From Candidatus Paracaedimonas acanthamoebae (GTDB lineage Bacteria > Pseudomonadota > Alphaproteobacteria > Caedimonadales > Caedimonadaceae), in the NCBI GenBank assembly GCA_000743035.1, contig CP008936.1, positions 1,260,001-1,292,000 of the forward strand: a stretch of DNA of 32,000 bases. The letters are read 5' to 3'. Under the pieces are notes generated by a model. That model did no database searches, was not told the origin of the DNA, and was given only the letters and a program-made list of their open reading frames with translations. Shown in pieces: positions 25,958 through 32,000 of the stretch. Numbering within the stretch: position 1 is the stretch's first letter; every line of letters starts with the position of its first letter. Position numbers and translations under genes: made by a program.

Positions 25958-26663
25958 TTATTTTTTCGTTTTAATTTTATTTCTTTCATCTTGGGCCAAC
26001 TTATAGGCTTCCTGTCTTTCTAAAACAGCCTTTTGAAGAGCTTGAGAAAAATGAGTAATTTCTTGTTTTTTTGCAGCTGCAATACTTTAAACGTTTGCTT
26101 TTCTTTAACTGTTGCTTGAGCAGATGTCGTGATAAAGTTAGCTTTAGCATAAGCAAAAACGGCTTCTAAAAAATCTTTTCCGTGATGTAATTCTGATTTT
26201 GTTTTATTTTCGAGAATATCTAATGCATTTATCCATGATTTAAACTCTGGTTTTTCGCCAAATTGCCTTTTTGCTCCTTGGATGCCCACAATATCTTTAA
26301 TAGATTGAGTGAGGAGAGCTTTTACATTATTTACAAAATTTTTACATTATTTTTGGCTTCATTTAATCCTGGTGTGCCTAGATTTATTCCAGAAAATATT
26401 GCTGTGATATCTAATCTTTCATTGAGATTTGCAAGAGCTCCTTCTAATTTTTGTCGATCGACACTCTGTTCGACGACTGTAATGGCGGCTATAACGCCAT
26501 TTAAAGTACTGTCCAATACATGGCTTAATTTTTGATAATCTTCTTCTAAAACAGCTGATTTTAAAGCTTTTCCAGCATTATTTGTTGGAAGATTTACAGC
26601 CTCTGCATTGCTCAATCCACTGATAACAACACTCATAATAAAAAAGAAAAGATTTTTAAGCAT
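25958..26663 (-). pseudogene. secreted hypothetical protein gene broken into three frames
   Basis: Track ORFs 26331..26663 (signal peptide MLKNLFFFIMSVVISGLSNAEA) and 26020..26289, plus a third open frame that I translated to a stop at 25958-25960 (...KKQEITHFSQALQKAVLERQEAYKLAQDERNKIKTKK). Break 1 is at a 13-nt direct repeat spaced 20 nt apart (26320-26352). Break 2 is at the A7 run (complement of 26066-26072). Confidence 0.55.
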
Positions 26664-26739
26664 TTTGATATCCGATCGTTAATTAATTCCATAAGACTAT
26701 CAAATGCTTATTAAAAAATGGTTAAGTCCTCTTATCTGT

Positions 26740-27003
26740 CTAATGAAGGCTCAGAGAATAAGGCGTGTATTTAAACTCAGATGGTTTAATAAGGTTTACA
26801 TGGGAAACAGTTACTGAATGCATACGTCCCTCAATATTGTGCGCCCAAAAATTAAGAAATTTATGAAGTTCAGGAAAATTTGGTAAAAGATCATACTCTT
26901 GCCAGATAAACGTTTGTAAAATATCTGGATGATCGGGGAGATGATACAGGATTTCTGCTGTTGTTAGTCGATAATTTTGAAGTTGAAGGGCGAGATGTTT
27001 CAT
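26740..27003 (-). CDS. usg: Usg-family protein
   Basis: Track ORF trimmed to the ATG at 27003, with a GGAGG SD 6 nt upstream. YRLTTAEILYHLPDHPDILQTFIWQEYDLLPNFPELHKFLNFW...HSVTVSH matches my memory of alphaproteobacterial Usg (PF06233) proteins. Confidence 0.65.
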   Translation of the reverse strand: MKHLALQLQNYRLTTAEILYHLPDHPDILQTFIWQEYDLLPNFPELHKFLNFWAHNIEGRMHSVTVSHVNLIKPSEFKYTPYSLSLH

Positions 27004-27070
27004 CACAATCCTCCGTCTCTTTTATCTACACTTTTAGAATGCCATAAAATGTTAAAGAGTTTATTAAAAT

Positions 27071-27424
27071 TTAAGCAGCGGCAATTATCTGAATTTGACC
27101 CGGAAACTCAATCGTAATAACGCCTCCGATGTTACAGGAAAGGATTGATGCCTGATCTAAAGCAAACTCTTCACCAATAAGAACAGTTGGCACGCCAGGT
27201 ACCCATGATTCAATAGCCGGCACGCATTCTGTATCAACTCCTAGTGTTTCTGCTGCAAGAATTGAGCAAACAGAGAAACTTTCAACATTTACAAAAGGTA
27301 TAGCGCTACTTATATTCCCGACCATTCCCTCGCCTGCGATGACATTCCCAACAATTGTCATGGCACTCGGTGTTGCTCCGGCCGCGCACTGTACTAATGC
27401 CTCTGTCACAACTAAGGTTGCCAT
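27071..27424 (-). CDS. DUF4280 (PAAR-like) domain protein
   Basis: 117 aa. VVTEALVQCAAGATPS..., ...FVNVESFSVC... and ...ECVPAIESWVPGVPTVLIGEEFALDQASILSCNIGGVITIEFPGQ follow the DUF4280 motif order. The ATG lies 8 nt after the petC stop on the same strand. Confidence 0.7.
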   Translation of the reverse strand: MATLVVTEALVQCAAGATPSAMTIVGNVIAGEGMVGNISSAIPFVNVESFSVCSILAAETLGVDTECVPAIESWVPGVPTVLIGEEFALDQASILSCNIGGVITIEFPGQIQIIAAA

Positions 27425-27432
27425 TGCTCTCT

Positions 27433-28200
27433 CTATTCTTCAAGTCGACGCCAAGTTTGGCGTTTTATAAGCCCCATTAAAACAGTAAAAACTAAAAGAT
27501 ACGTTAAGATCTTGACGCCTAAATGCTTACGCTCCTCCATTTCAGGCTCTGATGCCCACGCCAAAAAAGTCACAACGTCATGCGCCATTTGATCAACGGT
27601 AGCCGGCGTTCCATCTGCATATTGAACAAGATGGTCTGAAAGAGGAGGCGCCATGGCAATTTGATGCCCGCTGAAATAAAGGTTATAAGACATCCCAGGC
27701 GCCAACTGAATACCTGAGGGCGGATCTGTATATCCCTTTAACAAGGCTTTCACGTAGTGAGGCCCTCCCTTACGCGCTTTAATGATCAAAGAAAGGTCTG
27801 GTGGATTTGCGCCATTATTAGCTGCCCTCGCTGCTTTCTCATTGACAAAGGGATTTGGAAAGTAATCTGAGGGCTTTCCCCCTCTTTTAATCGGATTCCC
27901 TTCTTCATCAACACCATCTTGCACCTCTTTTTGAGCTGCAATTGCTTTAATTTTAGCTTCACTAAATCCTAAAGCCTTGAGATGTCGGTAACTGATGTGG
28001 CTCAATCCATGGCATGTGGAGCACACTTGTTGATAGACTTGAAACCCTCTTTGAAGCTCAGCCCGATCAAACGTTCCAAATATCCTATCAAAGCTCCACT
28101 TTTCTTGAGGAAGAGGAGATTGTTGATTTGCACAAAGGACATCGCTGACCAACAAATTTAAAAAAACAATAAAAATTTCTCTTAAAAAACGGCGACTCAT
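27433..28200 (-). CDS. petC: cytochrome c1 (ubiquinol-cytochrome c reductase subunit)
   Basis: Signal peptide, haem-binding CSTCHG, a PPDLS motif and a C-terminal TM anchor. A 4-nt ATGA overlap with petB. Confidence 0.9.
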   Translation of the reverse strand: MSRRFLREIFIVFLNLLVSDVLCANQQSPLPQEKWSFDRIFGTFDRAELQRGFQVYQQVCSTCHGLSHISYRHLKALGFSEAKIKAIAAQKEVQDGVDEEGNPIKRGGKPSDYFPNPFVNEKAARAANNGANPPDLSLIIKARKGGPHYVKALLKGYTDPPSGIQLAPGMSYNLYFSGHQIAMAPPLSDHLVQYADGTPATVDQMAHDVVTFLAWASEPEMEERKHLGVKILTYLLVFTVLMGLIKRQTWRRLEE

Positions 28201-29438
28201 GAGTGTCCTCCAAACTCTCCACTAAGAGTAGATTTTTTTTGAAGGTTCTCGGGCAAAGGAAGGGGACGTTCAATACGATTCAAAATCGGCACCAAAATTA
28301 AGAAATGAATAAAATAATAAACAGTTGCTATCCTTCCAAGTATCAAAGGTAAACCCTCAGGTTTCTGGGAACCAACCCAGCCCAAAATTAAGCAATTGAT
28401 TAAAAAGATCCAAAACAAGATCTTATATAAGGGTCTAAAACGCGCACTTCGAATAGGGGAACGATCTAACCATGGCATTAAGGTTAAGATAAAAACGGCG
28501 CTAAACATTAAAACAACGCCTCCCAATTTATCCGGTACAGACCGTAAAATGGCATAATAGGGTAAGAAATACCACTCAGGCACAATATGTTCAGGCGTCA
28601 CAAGCGGATCAGCAGGAATATAATTATCTGGCTCTCCAAAAAAATTGGGCGCAAAAAAAACAAATGCCCCCCATATCAGCAATAAAACACCCAAACCTAA
28701 TAGATCTTTTACCGTGTAATAGGGATGAAATGGGATTTTATCTCCGGGCTTCTTTGCGTCAATACCAAGCGGATTATTGGAGCCATGTTGATGAAGGGCG
28801 ATTAAATGAAGGAAAACCATCCCCACAATCAAAAAAGGAAAAAGGTAATGTAAGGCAAAAAAACGGTTTAATGTTGGATTCGCAACAGAAAACCCACCCC
28901 ATAACCACGTTACAATGGGATCACCAATTAAAGGAATTGCTGAAAAAAGATTCGTGATGACGGTCGCGCCCCAATAACTCATTTGGCCCCACGGCAATAC
29001 ATATCCCATGAAGGCTGTTGCCATCATCAAGAGGAAAATAATCACGCCTAAAATCCATAAAAGCTCTCGCGGCGCTTTATAAGATCCATAATAAAGTCCT
29101 CGAAACATATGAATATAAACAACGATGAAGAACATAGAAGCGCCATTCATGTGAATATAACGGATCAACCAGCCATAATTGACCTCTCGCATAATGCGCT
29201 CAACGCTGTTAAAGGCATGATCCACATGGGGAGTATAGAACATTGCTAGGAAAATGCCCGTTAAAATCATAATAACTAACACAACTCCAGCAAGAGAGCC
29301 AAAATTCCACCAATAATTAAGATTCCGAGGTGTTGGATAGTCAACCAATTCCTTATTAATAAAAGAGAAAACTGGTAGACGCTCATCAACCCACTGAATA
29401 AATCCTGATTTCTTTTTTTCTGACGATGGCATCGACAT
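28197..29438 (-). CDS. petB: cytochrome b
   Basis: 413 aa. [29 protein letters not shown] and [13 protein letters not shown] are canonical cytochrome b motifs. Confidence 0.95.
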   Translation of the reverse strand: MSMPSSEKKKSGFIQWVDERLPVFSFINKELVDYPTPRNLNYWWNFGSLAGVVLVIMILTGIFLAMFYTPHVDHAFNSVERIMREVNYGWLIRYIHMNGASMFFIVVYIHMFRGLYYGSYKAPRELLWILGVIIFLLMMATAFMGYVLPWGQMSYWGATVITNLFSAIPLIGDPIVTWLWGGFSVANPTLNRFFALHYLFPFLIVGMVFLHLIALHQHGSNNPLGIDAKKPGDKIPFHPYYTVKDLLGLGVLLLIWGAFVFFAPNFFGEPDNYIPADPLVTPEHIVPEWYFLPYYAILRSVPDKLGGVVLMFSAVFILTLMPWLDRSPIRSARFRPLYKILFWIFLINCLILGWVGSQKPEGLPLILGRIATVYYFIHFLILVPILNRIERPLPLPENLQKKSTLSGEFGGHS

Positions 29439-29446
29439 GGGGACTC

Positions 29447-30013
29447 CTAACCAACCTTTAACGTTGTTTCATTTAAAAATGTATAAGGCGGAACCTCGAG
29501 ATTTCGTGGCGCTGGCCCTCCCCGTACTCGTCCTGAAATATCATACACAGAACCATGGCAGGGACAATACCATCCGCCATACTGTCCTCGATTATCGCTG
29601 GGCTTTTGTCCAGATGGTACACATCCCAAATGCGTGCAGACGCCAACGACCACAAGCCATTGGGGATACTGTTTAAAGCGATCTACATCCAATTGAGGAT
29701 CAACCAGATCGTTAAGATTAACATTTTTAGCTTCTTGAATTTCTTGGGCCGTTCGATGACGAATAAACAACGGGCGTCCCCGCCACATAACGGTAATCGC
29801 CTGCCCTTCTTGAATAGGTTTAAGATCAATTTCAATAGACGCAAGAGCTAAAACATCGGCAGCAGGATTCATGCTTTTAACCAAAGGCCAGACAAAACCT
29901 GCAGTCCCCACAACACCCACAGCGCTGGTGGCCAAAATGAGGAAATCGCGCCTTGATTTATGCACAAGATCAGGTTGTTCTGGTTCACTTTTTAAAACTT
30001 CATCATTATGCAT
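29447..30013 (-). CDS. petA: ubiquinol-cytochrome c reductase Rieske iron-sulfur subunit
   Basis: Track ORF trimmed to MHNDEV... (ATG 30013, AAGGGGGG SD). Tat-like SRRDFL plus a TM segment. Rieske boxes CTHLGC and CPCHGS. Confidence 0.9.
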   Translation of the reverse strand: MHNDEVLKSEPEQPDLVHKSRRDFLILATSAVGVVGTAGFVWPLVKSMNPAADVLALASIEIDLKPIQEGQAITVMWRGRPLFIRHRTAQEIQEAKNVNLNDLVDPQLDVDRFKQYPQWLVVVGVCTHLGCVPSGQKPSDNRGQYGGWYCPCHGSVYDISGRVRGGPAPRNLEVPPYTFLNETTLKVG

Positions 30014-30342
30014 GCGCCCCCCTTTATGGTTGCAGATTCCTTTCTTTGTCTGAATAAATCTATAGGACAATCAAGGCATTTGAGCAATATGAATAAAAAG
30101 AGTCAGCGCTTAAAAATGCCGTCCCTCAATAGACTCCAACAAAAACTAAGGGCGGGAATAGATAATCACCAGAACCGCATAAGTCACTTGCATTCCCCCT
30201 ATCCGCATAACAATTTTTCATAAAACCTATACATCCTCCTTTGTCATTAAAAAATAAGATAATTATGTAAGATTTTAAATGCATGAATGTAGGATTTAGG
30301 ATACTTTGTATGCTTGTAACAATTATTAAGACATGCAAGCAT

Positions 30343-31449
30343 ATGAAATCCCATTATTTCCATCTTATTTCTATTTTAAGCTTTATTACCATAGCCACAC
30401 CACAACCCAGCTTCTCATATTCTAAAGATTATTATATCGGCTATGCGCGCTCGATAACCGATGATGCTATTCCTGAAGAAGATGTAAAACTAACAATTAC
30501 AAATCATATTCTTGATCTTACAATTAATGGTGATCCTCTAGATATTCATGTTGAACAAAGACTAAAAGAACGCCTTTCAAGAACAAAATATTTTAGAAAA
30601 ATTAATATCCAATACAAAAATAACGCGTGTATTGCAGCTAATAATTTGTCTTTGCCCGTTGAAAAAGAAAAACCTGCTTTAAATGACTTTATGCCTTCTG
30701 GAACGATTTATAACGCTCCTATTGCTGATCCTAAATGGCCCAGATTTTCTGTAGGATATCAAAATCATTTTAAAAAGAACCATGCTAGAAGTATTTATTT
30801 CTTATCTTTTGGAGAGAATTTAGCTCTCTTCCGTCATAAGAATAATAGTGAAGTATATGAATTAGGCATTCAAGCAGGGCTCTTTGGAGCGATGGATATC
30901 TCCTCAAATCCGACTAAATTAATTAACTCTGACTATTTTGTAGGTTTAGGACTTTCAATTGTGAAAAGTAAAAAATGGCAAAATATGATACAATTTTCCC
31001 ACCTTAGCTCACATTTAGGAGATGAACTTATCGTTAGCGACCCTACGATTACGAAAAAAAGGATCAATCTCAGTTATGAAACACTTAAATGGCTTACAGC
31101 CTATAAATTTAATAGTTTAAGACCTTATTTAGGCATCGGATATATTGTACATCGAGACCCTTCATCTCTCAAACCTCTTACGTTTGAAGGTGGGATTGAT
31201 TATATCTCTGAAGATAAATTTATATTACCTACAACAAGGGCTGTGGCAGGCGTCCATATACATAGTTGGGAAGAAAATAAATTTAAGCCAACGCTCAATG
31301 TGAGGGCTGGTTTGCAATTAGAAAATCCTGTTTGGCAGGGAAGGTTCCTGCAAGGACTCATTGATTATTCTTATGGGAAATCGCGGCATGGCCAGTTTTA
31401 TAAACAAAAAGAGCATTATATTGGCTTCTTAATATCTCTTTCAAGTTAA
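30343..31449 (+). CDS. putative outer-membrane/envelope protein, DUF1207-like
   Basis: Track ORF trimmed to MKSHYFHLISILSFITIATPQPSFS (signal peptide). The APIADPKWPRFSVGY motif resembles the P-L-x-A-D-P-R-x-P-x-F-S block I associate with DUF1207. The C-terminal part is rich in alternating beta-strand-like segments and ends in an aromatic/hydrophobic tail. Confidence 0.4.
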   Translation: MKSHYFHLISILSFITIATPQPSFSYSKDYYIGYARSITDDAIPEEDVKLTITNHILDLTINGDPLDIHVEQRLKERLSRTKYFRKINIQYKNNACIAANNLSLPVEKEKPALNDFMPSGTIYNAPIADPKWPRFSVGYQNHFKKNHARSIYFLSFGENLALFRHKNNSEVYELGIQAGLFGAMDISSNPTKLINSDYFVGLGLSIVKSKKWQNMIQFSHLSSHLGDELIVSDPTITKKRINLSYETLKWLTAYKFNSLRPYLGIGYIVHRDPSSLKPLTFEGGIDYISEDKFILPTTRAVAGVHIHSWEENKFKPTLNVRAGLQLENPVWQGRFLQGLIDYSYGKSRHGQFYKQKEHYIGFLISLSS

Positions 31450-31831
31450 GTTATAATTTGAATAAATTTGCCTTGAAGGATCAGCTGATGTATCAACTGC
31501 GCATAAGTTATGAAGCTAATTGCACAAGATAACTCATCTTTATCATTTTCTTTTAACATTCTTTAAGTTGCATCAAAAGGGTAGGAGAGGCTGTCCCCCG
31601 TATCAAAATATTCATCCTAAATTTGTTTAATACTTTTCCATTTTTAGGTTATTTAATCTCTCTACTTGATTAAGACTTATCTTTTAAAAGTTATCTCATA
31701 TATCCATAATTGACTTGATTGAGAAAGCTCTTCCTATAACACTTATGCTCCATGGGGACTTTATAAAAATGCCTTTATTTGCTTTCAAAGATTTTCAGGA
31801 AAATTTTATAGTCAAGAAATGACTTATAAGA

Positions 31832-31906
31832 TGGTGGGCGATGAGGGATTTGAACCCCCGACCCTCTCGGTGTAAACGAGACGCTCTCCCGCTGAGCTAA
31901 TCGCCC
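31832..31906 (-). tRNA. tRNA-Val (anticodon UAC), CCA encoded
   Basis: Reverse complement GGGCGATTAGCTCAGCGGGAGAGCGTCTCGTTTACACCGAGAGGGTCGGGGGTTCAAATCCCTCATCGCCCACCA. It folds as a cloverleaf with anticodon stem TCTCG/CGAGA, loop TTTACAC and T-loop TTCAAAT. Confidence 0.9.
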
Positions 31907-32000
31907 TGAATTGGCCACACCATACCTAAAACTTTCACAAGAGAAAAGAAGAATATTACATTAAAATAATTTTTTATCTTTTCAAAGGAAAGTTTTGCAT

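Noticed and set aside
30309-30343. An inverted repeat TATGCTTG ... CAAGCATA (8-bp arms, 19-nt loop) that overlaps the start codon of the DUF1207-like gene.
   Set aside because: The arms are short and the loop is long in AT-rich DNA, so this is plausibly chance. I have no supporting evidence for translational control.
1-32000. A search by eye for structured RNA genes other than the two tRNAs (tmRNA T-arm/CCA ends, RNase P GAGGAAAGTCC, SRP RNA GGAAGCAGCC-type motifs, rRNA) and for transposase, integrase or IS inverted repeats.
   Set aside because: No such motifs were found. The only TTCGAAT/TTCAAAT T-loop-like contexts with CCA ends are the annotated tRNA-Glu and tRNA-Val. A covariance-model scan (Infernal/Rfam) would be the decisive check.

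Overview
This is an AT-rich, gene-dense window that reads as chromosome from an obligate-intracellular alphaproteobacterium of Rickettsiales/Holosporales type. The lineage call is an inference from gene content, because ctrA sits directly beside an ATP/ADP translocase (tlc). Most of the window is housekeeping: rpiB (partial), an NDUFA12-like complex I subunit, mlaD plus DUF2155, nth, cpoB/ybgF, ctrA, tlc, a 2H-phosphoesterase-like gene, a UbiB/ABC1 kinase, pyk, a DMT transporter, a class I glutamine amidotransferase, rpsD, trmJ, dapB, ETF-ubiquinone oxidoreductase, yebC-ruvC-ruvA-ruvB, usg, petABC (cytochrome bc1), a DUF1207-like envelope protein, tRNA-Glu(UUC) and tRNA-Val(UAC). I saw no rRNA, CRISPR array, transposase or integrase. 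The non-housekeeping part is a patch at about 22.4-27.4 kb, between the yebC-ruv cluster and petABC. It holds (i) a secreted TraB/GumN/Tiki-like protein and (ii) a repeat-rich 1.5 kb stretch. That stretch has two 67-nt direct repeats exactly 690 bp apart that encode the shared C-terminus of two small minus-strand ORFs, a heptanucleotide tandem repeat inside one of them, and small GC-rich palindromic elements. The patch also holds (iii) a eukaryote-like F-box plus leucine-rich-repeat gene split by a 1-nt homopolymer frameshift, and (iv) a secreted-protein gene broken in two places. Finally, (v) a PAAR-like DUF4280 gene sits only 8 nt behind petC, so it is apparently co-transcribed with the bc1 operon, and no other secretion-apparatus gene lies nearby. 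I rank (v), (iii) and (ii) as the best leads. All family calls come from reading motifs by eye, and none has been checked against a database.
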